Assembly: GCF_009914755.1 (NCBI RefSeq)
Contig: NC_060929.1
Reading direction: 5' to 3' (one strand)
DNA length: 64,000 nt
Origin: the human T2T-CHM13v2.0 reference genome, Homo sapiens
The notes under the pieces are model-generated. The model did not search any database, was not told the origin of the DNA, and worked only from the letters and a program-made list of their open reading frames with translations. A program made the translations under genes and the position numbers. Each line of letters starts with the position of its first letter. The first letter of the stretch is position 1. Below are positions 42,246 through 55,416 of this stretch, piece after piece.

Positions 42246-43194
42246 CTTAACAGTGCAACAGCCTCAGAAACAACCTTCATTCCAGCTTCCCCCTCACTAT
42301 ATCAAGCACATCCATTCAAGTATACCTGGATGGTATTTTTTTAATCTATCCCACTACCTAATTTTTCCAGTTGCTGGCTCAGTTAATGCCATTTCTGATC
42401 AATCCCATAGATTGTATCGAGCCTCTAACTGGAGGTTTCCCAAAGCTATTGTTCAAGAACATGATCACACTTATTTCCGTATATGTAAATGAATAGAAAA
42501 ATATTTGAGAAACCCGTAATTACCATTGACTCCTCCTAACCCACAGTATACATGTAAATCTTCTTAAAAGGGAATGAGAGACCTATTACCACCAGCTAAA
42601 TCTGATACATTTCCTTCCTGCTCCATGCTCTAATCATATTGGCATTCTCTTTAAAATTCCCTTTTCCTATTTTTGGCATGCATGTATAATAATCCTTTAT
42701 GATCTAAGAGAAAACTTCTACTAAAAAAGTGAAGGTTCAGGATGGCCTGTGGTTTCACAGCACCATATGTCTACCTTTGCACTTATTACTTTTGCATTTT
42801 CAACCCATATTTCACTACTGTCTATGGCAGTGAAGGCTCACATATTGTTCCACCTTTGAAAGCCTGCAGGTTTGTGGCACATTTTAAGTACTAAAATGTG
42901 CTCATTGAATAATTTAAGGATTTTTAATGATGTTTTTCTTTAGTAATCATGGGTAAAAAGCTGAAGAACAAAATGAGAAAAAGTTTGATATACCTGTTTG
43001 AGTTATACGCTCTGAAGTTTATATATTCCCCTTAAATAATTGCTCAAAATGAATAACCATTGATGGTGGAAAATGCCAAAACCTTATCCTATCAAAGACC
43101 TTTCTTTAAGTAATCCTGCTTCTCCTTCAGCTGGGGTTTTGACTACTTAAAGACCTTTATGCCGATAAAATGAATTTTTATTTCTGTCATTTTT

Positions 43195-46115
43195 TCCTCC
43201 TTTATTTCCTCTAAAAAAAAGATACATGTGCAGAACATGAATTTTTGTTACATTGGTATTTGTGTGCCATGGTGGTTTGCTGCACCTATTGAACTATCCT
43301 CTAAGTTCCCTCCCCTCACCCCCATCCCCCAACAGGCCCTGGTGTGTGTTGTTCTCCTCTCTGTGTCCATGTGTTCTCAACGTTCAACCCCCACTTATGA
43401 ATGAGAACATGTGTTTGGTTTTCTGTTCATGTGTTAGTTTGTTGAGGCTGATGGTTTCCTGCTTCATCCATGTTCCTGAAAAAAACATGACCTCATTCAT
43501 TTTTACTGTGCATAGTATTCCATGATATATATGTACCTCATTTTCTTTTTCCAGTCTATCATTGATGGACATTTGGGTTGGTTCCACGTCTCTGCTATTA
43601 TAAATAGTGGCACTATAAACATATGTGTGCACATGTCTTTACAGTAGAATGATGTATATTCTTTTGGGTATATATCCAGTAATGGGATTGCTAGGTCAAA
43701 TGGTATTTCCAGTTCTAGATCCTTGAGGAGTTGTCATATTGTCTTCCACAATGGTTGCACTAATTTACATTCCCACCAACAGTGTAAAAACGTTCCTATT
43801 TCTCCACAGCCTCATCAGCACCTATGGTTTCCTGACTTTTTAATAATTGCCGTTCTGATTGGCGTGAGATGGTATCTCATTGTGGTTTTGATTTGCATTT
43901 CTCTGATGATCAGTGATATTGAGCTTTTTTTCATTTGTTTCTTGGTCGCATAAATGTCTTCTTTTGAGAAGTGTTTGTTCATATCCTTTTCCCACTTTTC
44001 GACGTTTTTTTTTTTCTTGTAAATATGTTTAAGTTTTTGTAAATTCTGGATAATAGATCTTTGTCATATGGGTAGATTGCAAAATTTTCTCCCATTCTGT
44101 AGGTTCCCTGTTCACACTGATGACAGCTTATTTTGCTGTGCAGAAGCTCTTTAGTTTAATTAGATCCCCTTTGTCAATTTGGCTTTTGTTGCAATTGCTT
44201 TTGGCAGTTTGTCATGAAGTCTTTGCCAAATGCTTATGTCCTGAATGGTATTGCCTAGGTTTTCTTCTAGGGTTTTTATGGTTTTGGGTTTTACATTTAA
44301 GCCTTTAATGCATCTTTACTTAATTTTTGAATAAGGAGTAAGGAAGGGGTCCTGTTTCAGTTTTCTGCATATGGCTAGCCAGTTTTCCCAGCATCACTTA
44401 ATGAATAGGAGATCCTTTCCCTATTGCCTGTTTTTGTCAGGTTTGTCAAATATTAGATGGTTGTAGACGTGTAGTGTTATTTCTGAGGTCTTTCTTCTGC
44501 TCCATTGGTCTATATGTCTGTTTTGGTACCAGCACCATGCTCTTTTGGTTACAGTAGCCTTGTAGTATAATTTGAGGTCAGGTAGCATGATGCCTCCAGC
44601 TTTATTCCTTTTGCTTAGCATTATCTTGGCTATACGAGGTCTTTTTTGATTCCATATGAAATTTAGAATAGTTTTTTCTAATTCTGTGAAGAATGTCAAT
44701 GGTAGTTTGATGGGAATAGCATTGAATCTATAAATTACTTTGGGAGTGAAGTCATTTTCATGACATTAATTCTTCCTATCCATGAGGATGGAATGTTTTT
44801 CTATTTGTTTGTGTCCTCTCTTATTTCCTTGAGCAGTGGTTTGTAGTTCTCCTTGAAGAGGTCATTCACATCTGTTGTTAGCTGTATTCCTAAGTATTGT
44901 ATTCTCTTTGTAGCAATTGTGAATGGGAGTTCATTCATGATTTGGCTCTCTGCTTGTCTATTGTTGGTGTGAAATAATTAACAAAATAGACCGCTAGTTA
45001 GAATAATAAAGAAGAGAGAATAATCAAATAAACACATTAAAAAATGATAAAGAGGATATCACCACTGAATCCACAGAAATACAAACTACCATGAGAGAAT
45101 ACCATAAACACCTCCATGTAAATAAACTAGAAAATCTAGAAGAAATGGACATATTCCTGGACACATACACCCCATCCAGACTAAACCAGGAAGAAGCTGA
45201 ATCCCTGAATAGAACAATAACAAATTCTGAAAATGAGGCAGTAATTAATAGCCTACCACTAAAAAATGCCTAGGATCAAGCAGATTCACAGCTGAATTCT
45301 ACCAGAAATACAAAGAGTAGCTGATACCAGTCCTTCTGAAACTATTCCAAACAATTTAAAAGGAGAGACTCCTCTAGACTTCCTACTCCCCAATTCATTT
45401 TATGAAGCCAACATCATCCTGATACAAAAATCGGGAAGAGACACAACAAAAAAAGAAAACTTAATGCCAATATCCCTGGATGAACACTGATGCCAAAATC
45501 CCCAATAAAATACTGGCAAACTGAATCCAGCAGCACATCAAAAAACTTATCCACCATGATCAAGTCAGCTTCATTCCTGGGATGCGAGGCTGGTTCAACA
45601 TAAGCAAATTAATACATGTAATCCATCACATAAATAGAACCAAGTACAAGAACCACATGATTATCTCAACAAATGCAGAACAGGCCTTTGATAAATTCAA
45701 CATGCCTTCATGTTAAAAACTCTCAATAAAGTAGGTACTAATGGAACATATCTCAAAATAATAAGAGCTATTTATGACAAACCCACAACCAATATCATAC
45801 TGAATGAGCAAAAGCTGGAAGTCTTGTAACTTTGAACAATTGTACAAGACAAGGATGACCTCTCTCACCACTACTATTCAACTTTTCAATCCTATTCATA
45901 GTATTGGAAGTTCTGGCCAGGATAATCAGTTAAGAGAAAGAAATAAAGGGTATTCAAATAGGAAGACAGGAAGTCAAGCTGTCTCTTTTTACAGATGACA
46001 TAATTTTATATTTAGAAAACCCCATCATCTCAGCCCCAAAACTCCTTGTGATAAGCAACTTCAGCAAAGTCTCAGGATACAAAATCAATGTGCAAAAATC
46101 AGAAGTATTTGTTTA
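43195..46115 (-). mobile_element. 5'-inverted L1PA8A-like element: antisense 3' part 43195-44970, sense-oriented ORF2 segment 44971-46115
   Basis: 3'UTR ctattgaactatcctctaagttccctcccc; minus ORF 44421 ([25 protein letters not shown]); plus ORF 45091 ([17 protein letters not shown]); RT-region tttacagatgacat at ~45990. Confidence 0.94.
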
Positions 46116-47754
46116 TCTTTATCTTTTTAGAGGCTGTTCTCTGTCTTGACTCGAACTGTGGGGTTATGCTAGACAACCTCATGGTAACTTAGCCAGAATG
46201 GTACTCTAAGCATGGAACACCATAGATAACTAAATCTACAAAAAAGACCTCACAACATTCATGTTTATATATGCTAATCAGAGTTGTTGATGAATCAAAA
46301 GCTGAGACACTCTGAACAGATATAAGGGCATAAATGGAGTCATGAATGTTCGTGGGTTGAGGCTCAAGAAGAATGAGTGAGCAGAAGTTATAAATGATAT
46401 TTATTATATATGTAGATTTTCCACTTCTACTCTATCTATAACATTCTGAAACTTTGAAGTAATTTTTTTTTTTTAAAAAGAATGGTTTTGCATCTTGACC
46501 ATCTAGATGTAAGGAGAAATTTTCTGCAACACTTAACATTTCCCTGAATACTAGAGTTGATTCAGCTGATCTGGGTTGCTAAGGAGGGATTTTCTTCCTC
46601 CCTCGTTACCCTTACCTGTATTTCTTCTCCTAAGAGACCAAAAGGCAATTTCAGATTTGCATTTCATCACCATAACTTCAAGCTTGATTTGCTTTTTCCC
46701 TCTAGGTTTGTTATCCCTAGTTAAAATAGTCAGATTCTGTTTCAATTTTTTATTTTCATGAGGATGCTTTGAGGGTCTGCAGTTGGTCTGGTTAATAAAT
46801 TAAATGGTGTGATTTTTAAACCACTATATTTTATAATGGAAAATATAAATATCCAACAGTATAACTGCAAAGCTAAAAGAAAAATCTAAAATAAGTATTA
46901 TGCAGAAGCCTACAGATACCTCCATCTTATTCAAAAACAGTCAATTTTGTGTGTACCCAATTATCATCATAGACTTAAATTTGTATTTCATAAACAGGCT
47001 AGCATTCAGTGAACCAAGAAATTTACTCTTAATGTTATCCATTACTTACTGTTATATAAGATTTTGTTTTTTCATATTTAACCACATAAATTTATGTGCT
47101 ATTTTAATGCATTCATATTATCCATATTTATTTGCATTATGCCTCTATAATGTCTAACCCAGCTAATATGGGTATTACTTTTGTTCTCTCAGTGATGAAT
47201 TTGATTGTACGGTAATTGATTATAGCATGTTCTTACATTTACTTGCCTAAAAAGGTCTCAGAAACTACCTGTCAGATCACATATAATATTATTAAATAAA
47301 ACCAGAGCCAACACAATAATTAAATGCAATTACAATTGATGGTAGAATTATTTTACTGCATAGATAAATTCATTGGTATATCTATGATTGAATATATCAA
47401 AATACTTTATTTTAGTAGGTTGTAGTCAATAAATATGTTATCCTTAAGAAAATTTATGTTTACTCTAAAAATTTAAGAAAGACAAAATATGATATACTTT
47501 TAGATTTTGATGGAGGATAATTATAAATATATAGATTGCAATTCAAATAATTTGACAAGTTAAATAGAATATATTCTCAAGGGATTTGTATATAAAATGC
47601 ATCCTTAGATATTTAATTTGTAATTTATCATGGGGCTTTTGTAAATATTGAGACACTTTTACTTAATCACTTAATGGAAAGTGTGTAGATTTCCCATTCT
47701 TAAAAATGTATGGGACTCAAAAATTCCAATCACTTAACAAAATCAAAAGTAAGT

Positions 47755-47940
47755 TAGAACCAGATGATTATGGAGGAGTTAAAACCTTCTACAATACCTG
47801 CTTTACCACTGTGGGAGAGATTGAATATTTAGCATCCTTCCTGGAAGGTATGGACATCTGTTCATCTTCTAAGTCAATGACTGACAGATGACTGTACATC
47901 TGTTTGCATACAAAGTGAGAGACGGCAAGGCAGGGTGTTG
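47755..47940. promoter_or_regulatory. Candidate enhancer: motif cluster in apparently non-repeat DNA
   Basis: CAGATG/CATCTG at 47761, 47855, 47885, 47897; TTCCTGGAA at 47838; TTTGCATACAAAG at 47903-47915. Motif evidence only. Confidence 0.3.
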
Positions 47941-48039
47941 TTTCTGCATTTTTTATTTGTTTGTTTTTCATCACAATTTTCCTTTCTGACACTCCACCTA
48001 ACAGCAGTATTTTGATAGATCCCAGAATATATTGTCATA

Positions 48040-48290
48040 ATAGGTCAGAGTTATAGTGTTTACTAATTTGATAGGCAATATTCTATTTTAAATATATATA
48101 CTTTTAAAACTCATCACAAATAACTATTAAATAGCAACCATTCTTATCTTTATTTTACAAACAAGAAACTGAGGCACAGAGATATCAAGGTATTGTTCAA
48201 GAGCACACGGCTAATATGTGAGGGATCCAGAAATTAAATGCAGGCAGTCTAATTCTGGGATCTTTGCCATTAGATATTACTCTGCTTTAT
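48040..48290 (-). mobile_element. MIR
   Basis: tattttacaaacaagaaactgaggcacagaga...caagagcacacggcta...caggcagtct. Confidence 0.75.
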
Positions 48291-48810
48291 CTTTCAAAAG
48301 TATTAAATGTGTAGTATCGGAAAAGTTAAGTCTATCTTTTCAGCTCAGAGAAAAATAACTTCAACTTAAGTCATACTTCTTATGTACTTAATAATAGAAA
48401 TCTACCAATAAAGGGGGATTCAATGTTCCACTTTTTATATATCATACCACATATGAAATAGAATTTGAACGGATGCCAATATTTCTACAACAGAGTTTCC
48501 AAATGAAATGTGTATTGGTCATTTGATCAGGATGTAGATGTAGATAGCTACATTCCTATGTTCTTCCATGATTTGAAGCATGATTACTCATTTACTCAAT
48601 TTACAGATACCTCATCCACAAATTCTCTCAATTACAGCATTATTGTAATTATCTGAATTGTTTGCCACATGAGGCTTATGAATCTAAAGAAATGTTTTGA
48701 AGAACCTGGTTTTGTATGGTTTAAGTGAATGCCATTGGCCTGGGGAAAGAGTGTTTTAATAGCATGGAGTGACATTGATAATGCATATTATTAATTCCTT
48801 CCTTTCTCTC

Positions 48811-49111
48811 TTTTTCTGTTTTTTTCTTTTGAGACAGAGTCTCGCTTTGTTGCCCAGGCTGGAGTGCAGTGGCAGGATCTCGGCTAACTGGAACCTCCGT
48901 CTCCCAGGTTCAAGCAATTCTTCTGCCTCAGCCACCCAAGTAGGTGGGACTACAGGCACCCACTGCCACACCTGGCTAATTATTTGTATTTTAGTAGAGA
49001 TGGGGTTTCACCATGTTCCCCAGGCTGGTCTCGAACTCCTGAGCTCAGGCAATCTGCCTGCCTTGGCCTCCCAAAGTGCTAGTATTAAGGCATAAGCCAC
49101 CATGCAGAGCC
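48811..49111 (-). mobile_element. Alu (old AluS/Sz-like)
   Basis: Antisense Alu; gaactcctgagctcaggcaatctgcc. Confidence 0.95.
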
Positions 49112-49629
49112 TCTCATTTTTCTGGTATTGCATTTCCTCTTTATAGCTAGAATTTGCAGTAAATGAATACAATGTTCTAGACAATGAATCAAAATATATG
49201 AAGACAAATAATTATCTTTCTAAATATAAAAATTAAAAACTGCCCATTAGTTCTAATTTTAAGTGTTATACGAATGCATGCAAGAAGCTCAGTCTTCAAA
49301 ATACCCTTGACATGACAATTACGACTCAAGAAGTTACAGCTGGAAGAAACAGAAAGTTTCCTTGCACAAATACCACTCCACAGTGGCAGTGATCATGATT
49401 TTGTCCTAGGGCACCCAGACAATCTTGCTATTTGCTGTTGTAGAGTCCTGAAATTTTGGCATGGCATTTATTTCTGGGAAAGATTAGAGTCAGAATACTG
49501 TATGACTGTTTAGAGAGCATTATGTGTTACATTGTAAGGTAAAAGTATAAACGGGATAATAACATGTACCATTAGAAAAACAGCATTTGACTTCTAGGAC
49601 AGAATGACTAGAATTACAGGCATAAGTTC

Positions 49630-51861
49630 TGATACAGTTTGGCTCTGTGTCCCCACTCAAATCTCACTTTGAATTATAATAATCCCCATGTGTCAAGGGC
49701 GGGACCAGGTGGAGATAATTGAATTATGGGGGTGGTTTCCCCTATGCTGCTTTTATGATAGTCCTCATGAGATCTAATGGTTTTACAAAGGGCTTCCCCC
49801 TTAAGTGGGCACTCATTCCCTCTCCTACCGCCCTGTGAAGAGGTGCCTGCCACCCTGATTGTAAGTTTCCTGAGGCATCCCCAGCCATGTGGAACTGTTA
49901 ATCAATTGAGTAATTTCTTCAGAGCAGTGTGAGAGTGACTAATACAGTAAATTGTTACTGAGTAATGGGGCACTGGTGGAAATATACCCATAAATGTGGA
50001 AGTGACTTTGGAACTCGGTAACAGACAGACATTGGAACAGTTTGGAGGGCAAGAAAAGACAGAAAGATGTGGGAAAGTTTGGAACTTCTTAGAGACTTGT
50101 TGAATGGCTTAGTCCAAAATGCTGATAGTGATATGGACAGTGAAGTCCAGGCTGAAGTGATCTCAGATGAAGATGAGGAACTTGTTGGGAATTGGAGGAA
50201 AGGTCACTCTTACTATACTTTAGCAAAGAGGCTGGCAGCATCCTGCCCCTGCCCTGGATATCTGTGGAACTTTGAACTTAAGAGAGATGATTTAGGGTAT
50301 CCGGCAGAAGAAATTTCTAAGCAGCAAAGCATTCAAGAGGTGACAGAGAACAAAAGTTTGAAAAATTTGCAGCCTGATGATGCCGTAGAAAAAAGAAACC
50401 CATTTTTTTAAGAAAATGCAAGCCTGCTGCAGAAATTTGCATAAATAACAAGGAGCCATAGGCTAATCACCAAGACTATGGGAAAAATGTCTCCAGGGCA
50501 TGTCAGAGGCCTTTGGAGCACCCCCACCCATGACAGGCCTGGAGTCTTAAGAGGAAAAAGTGATTTCCTGGGCCTGGCCCAGGGCCCGCCTGCTGTGTGC
50601 AGCCCAGGGACTTGGTGCCCTGTGACCCAGTTGCTCCAGCTGTGGCTAAAAGGGGCCAAGGTATAGCCTGGGTTATTGTTTCAGAGGGTACAAGCCTCAA
50701 GCTTTGACAGCTTCCACATGGTGTTGGTCCTGAGAGTGCACAGAAGACAATAATTGAGGTTTGGGAACTTCCACCTGGATTTCAGAGGATGCAGGAAAAC
50801 ACCTGGATGTCCAGGCAGAAGTGTGCTGCAGGGGCAGAGCCCTCATGAAGAACCTTTGCTAGGGCAATGCAGCAGGGAAATGTGGGGTTGAAGCCACACA
50901 GAGTTCCCACTGGGGCACTACTCAGTGGAGCTATGTGAAGGGGGCTATTGTCCTCCAGATCTTAGAATGAGAGCTCCAATAACAGCTTGCACTGTGCATC
51001 TGGAAAACCCATAGACACTCAATGCCAGCCATAAAAGCAGCTGGGATGGGGGCTGTACCCTGCAAAGCCACAGGGGCAGAGCTGCCCAAGGCCATGGAAA
51101 CCCACCTCTTGCATCAACGTGACCTGGAAGTAGGACATGGAGTCAAAGGATAATGTTTTGGAAGTTTAGGGTTTAATGACTGCCCTATTGAATTTTTGAC
51201 TTGCATAAGGCCTGTAGCCCCTTTGTTTTGGCCAATTTCTCTCATTTGGAATGGGTTTATTTACACAATGCCTGTACCCCTATAGTATCTAGGAAGTAAC
51301 TAACTTGCTTTTGATTTTACAGGCTCATAGGTGAAAGGGACTTGCTTTGCCTCAGATGAGATTTTGGACTGGGATTTTTGGTTAATTCTGGAATGAGTTA
51401 AGACTTTGGGGGACTGTTGAGAAGGCATGACTGTGTTTTGAAATGTGAGGACATGAGATTTGGGAGGGTCCAGAGGCAAAATGATGTGGTTTGGCTGTTT
51501 CCTCACCCAAATATCATCTTGAATTGTAATCTCCATAATCCTTACATGTCATGGGAAGAACCCAATAGGAGGTAATTGAATCATGGGGGTGGTTTCTCCC
51601 ATGCTGTTCTTGTGAAAGTGAGTGAATTTTCACGAGATCTGACGGTTTAATAAGTGTCTGGCATTTCCCCTGCTGGCATTCATTCTCTCTCCTGCTACCT
51701 TGTGATGAAGGTGACTTCCTCCCCTTTATCTTCTGCTATGATTCTCGATTTCCTGAGGCCTCCCCGGCCATATGCAACTGTGAATCAAGTAAAACTCTTT
51801 CCTTTATAAATTGCTCAGTCTTGGGTATTTCTTCATAGCAGCATGAGGAAGGATTAATACA
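49630..51861 (+). mobile_element. Complete THE1 (C/D-type) MaLR: 5'LTR 49630-49946, internal 49947-51481, 3'LTR 51482-51861
   Basis: TG...CA LTR termini; internal ORF 50067..50411 MWESLELLRDLLNG is the typical MaLR-int remnant; purine tract before 3'LTR; flanks agttc/agatc. Confidence 0.93.
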
Positions 51862-52192
51862 AGATCTAAGGGAACAAACACTGTGTTCTAACAAAAATGA
51901 TGTCAAATATTTCATTAAATCCGATAATTATTTCAGACATACAGACTCTTTTGAATTTAGTTAGGGAAACATATTATCCTTTTTGTACTTTTCGGTTAAT
52001 GATAAGAATAAAAGAGATGAAATTTATCTTTAGAAAACATCAGACTGTGAGTACTAGTGATAGAACACCCAGATTCAAATCAGCAATCAGAATAAAATTG
52101 CTGGGTCTTTTGCTTACAAACTATGTGAGTTTCAAAAAAGGGGGATTTAATACATAGTATCAGTAAGTGGATATTAAATCTTCCCAAGTCTT

Positions 52193-52523
52193 GGTTGGGT
52201 GTCGTGGCTCACACCTGTAATCCCAAGACTTTGGGAAGTCAAGGCAGGCAGATGTCTTGAGCTCAGGAGTTCAAGACCAGCCTTGGAAACATAGTGAAAC
52301 CTTATCTCTACAAAAAAAGTATAAAAATTAGCTGGGCTTGGTGGTGTGTATCTGTAGTCTCAGCTACTGAGGAGGCTGAGGTAAAGGATAGCTTGAGCCT
52401 GGGGAGGATGAGGCTGCAGTGAGCTGTGATTGGGCCACCAGACTCCAGCCTGGGCAACAGAGTGAGAGCCCATTTCAAACAAAAAGAAGAAAAATTTTAA
52501 AAATAGCTAAAGGAAAAGAAAAA
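52193..52523 (+). mobile_element. AluJ with degenerate tail
   Basis: ggatagcttgagcctggg AluJ diagnostic; TSD ttcccaagtc at 52181 and 52524. Confidence 0.92.
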
Positions 52524-52779
52524 TTCCCAAGTCCCATGCCAAAAGGATAAAAGTTCCTTTTGTGACATATCATGAAGTATTCAGCATCCCACAATCCCAC
52601 GATATATAATTAAAATGATTGTAAACTACAATACAGATGCAGGTAATTCTTATTTGTAGTTTTACAAATTGAAAAAGAAATTACTAATGGTTACAAGGGC
52701 CTTATTCAACTAAAAAATCACTCCTTTTTCATAATTTGAAATAGAATTTCTTATTTTCATTGTTTCCCTGTAATCTAAT

Positions 52780-53231
52780 TGTATTATCTTCTTAAGGTTA
52801 CTGTAAGAAAGTATCACAGAGTGATTTAAAACAACAGACATTTATTGTCCCAAAGTTCTGGAATCCAGAACTGTGAAAACAAGTATCAGTAGAGCAATAC
52901 TCTTTCTAAAACCTGCAGCTGAGAAATTTCCTTGCCTATTGTAACTTCTGGTGTTTGCCAGCAATCTTGGGCATTCTTTGGCTACTAGATGCATTACTCC
53001 AATCTCTGCTTCTGTCCTCCTATAGCCATCTTCTCTCTGTGTGCCTGTATTCACATTTTCTCTTCTTCTTCTAAGGACATGAATCACATTGGATCTGAAA
53101 ACATTCTGATAAAGTCACCTTAAATTGATTACATCTGCAAAGATCCCATTTCAAAATAAGGTCACATTCCTATTTATGGATGGTTAGGACTTTAAGGTAA
53201 CTTTTTGCCAGACACAGTTCAATTAATGACA
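52780..53231 (-). mobile_element. MLT1C-like solo LTR
   Basis: aaaacaacagacatttatt...cttctggtgtttgccagcaatctt...gattacatctgcaaagatcc..tttcaaaataaggtcacattc. Confidence 0.88.
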
Positions 53232-55379
53232 TCAGTGAAGGCAAAATAGGATTGCAATATGAGCATGGGGTATTACTAAATGTGGAGAGTGAAGTGTTTT
53301 TTTTTGTTTTTGTTTTTGTTTTTTGTCAATGCAGTATTTTAGTACTTTGTACCTGGATAAGACCATACTTATCATTTGAATCAAAACATATAAATAGCTA
53401 CATATAACAAACAGTATCTAGAAACCAGTATTATATGATAAAATAAATATATAATACATGAATAAAAGAACATTATTTATGCTAGAGAGAATACATAATA
53501 TAATCTGTTAAGCAAGTAAGATGTCCAGATCAAGTAGAACTTGATTTTCCAGTATATTTGCTATTATTTCACTAGGAAGAAGAGACAGAGAAGCACATTC
53601 CATAGAAGAGAAAAAGTGCAGAAAATAAGATAATCAAGGAGTGTTTGGGGGACAATTAAACTGCTAGCTTGAGTCAAAAATATCTGCGAAAGCAGTCATC
53701 AGGAAAACATTCAGGCAAGGTTGCAGCAATCCAGTGACATGAGAAAAATTTGAAATTGATTCCAGAAACAGGGAGAAGTCATTACAGGCACTACCACAGG
53801 ACAGTAGTATGATACTAAAATATTCTCAGAGCATTGGGTATTAATGTGGACTAGGATTTAAAAATCAGGGACAGAAAGTACAATAGACTTGTACTGCATT
53901 AATCTAATTATATATGCTTCTGGTGATAGCATATGCTGACAAACAGATTGCTGTACTTTCCTGGAGTACCACAGTGAATTTGTAAAGTGGAGCATTCCAG
54001 GACATATTATTGAGGAAAATACAGGGACACCTGTAAAAAACTTAACAGTCTATTACTTTTAGATTATTTAGAATCATTTTGTTAATGAACAGAACTATTA
54101 GTTTCTTTTGTTTTTGCTTAGGGGTGCTGAGAAATTTATTGAAATACATAGCCATGCACCAAAAGAGCTTGGGAATCCTTAGCTTATTAATCAAAGAATG
54201 AAAATTTTTCCCCTCAAAGTTGCTCTGTAGCTTTGTATAGCTTTATATACACTTCCATATTTTGTTATCTTGTCACTTAGATCATTTTTATTAAAAATCA
54301 GTTTTTTGATATTGTACTGGTGTAAAAATTAGTCTAAATCTCCTTTAATTTTTTTCTGGTGTTATTAGAGGCAAAAACTAGAGAAATAACATGTTGCCCA
54401 AATGAAAGAGTATTTTGTTCTTAATGAATTTTACTCTCCCACATTCAGGTTCTTTTTATTTTTTATTTTTATTTTTTTTGCATTTTGCTAGGATCATTTT
54501 CAGAATTATTGTTACTACTTTTATATTTTAGCTTTTACCATTAGCTTTAATATTTTACTTTAATGTACATACTACATATTTTTGTCTGATCTATTTGATT
54601 CCTGAGTCAACTGCAAAACACATACCTATATTAATAATAAAATTGAGAGAGACTGGGAGTTTCTTGCAAAATAGCAGCATTAGAAGCAAACTGGCTTCAC
54701 TCCCATTCAGAAGAAAACAAAACAAAACAAAACAAACATATAGCACTGAGGTTATCACCAGAAACATCCTAGAACTCAAATATGAGGATGAGACAGTACC
54801 TACTGCCACAGAGAAGTAAAACATAACAAAACAAAAAGACTTAGCAGAGAGTAAGAGAACTGGACTTCTATGTCTTTGATGGTGCTCTCCCCAATCCGCC
54901 TGGCACCAAGCCTGTGAAAAATGTTCCTCCTACTCATGGTTTCTGTACTGGGAATAATGTGATGGAGATGAACAATCAGCTTCCCCAATCTCTTGGGTTG
55001 CCTAGCAGGAGACCTATCCATGTTTCAATTCGTGGGAAGCATTGCAAGTGTTTACAGGGATAAATATATCTGAGCACAACCAGAGACCAGGGGGTCAATG
55101 GGTCTTCCATCCCCAGCTATGGAAACCCTGCCCTGTAACTCAGCCAAAGGAGACAACAAATCATGGCAGTTGTTCCACAGCATCACACTTGAGGAGGTAT
55201 GTTCCATGGTTCCCCTAGACAAAAAACACTAGCCAGCTTTACAACACTGCCAATATATTTCCTTTGGGACTTCCCATGAAATGGGACAGGAAGCGCTTTG
55301 ATAGTTTACTACATTCAAAGAAAATCTGGGCTTGAAGCACCACTGAGTGGCAAAAAGGAGGCAGTGACCTAGTGGAGGG

Positions 55380-55383
<4 letters not shown>

Positions 55384-55412
<29 letters not shown>
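55384..55412. repeat. (GA)n microsatellite in L1 5'UTR
   Basis: Uninterrupted agagag run of ~29 bp. Confidence 0.95.

Positions 55413-55416
<4 letters not shown>

Noticed and set aside
50067-50411. 114-aa ORF MWESLELLRDLL...
   Set aside because: Known remnant ORF of the THE1/MaLR internal region, broken downstream.
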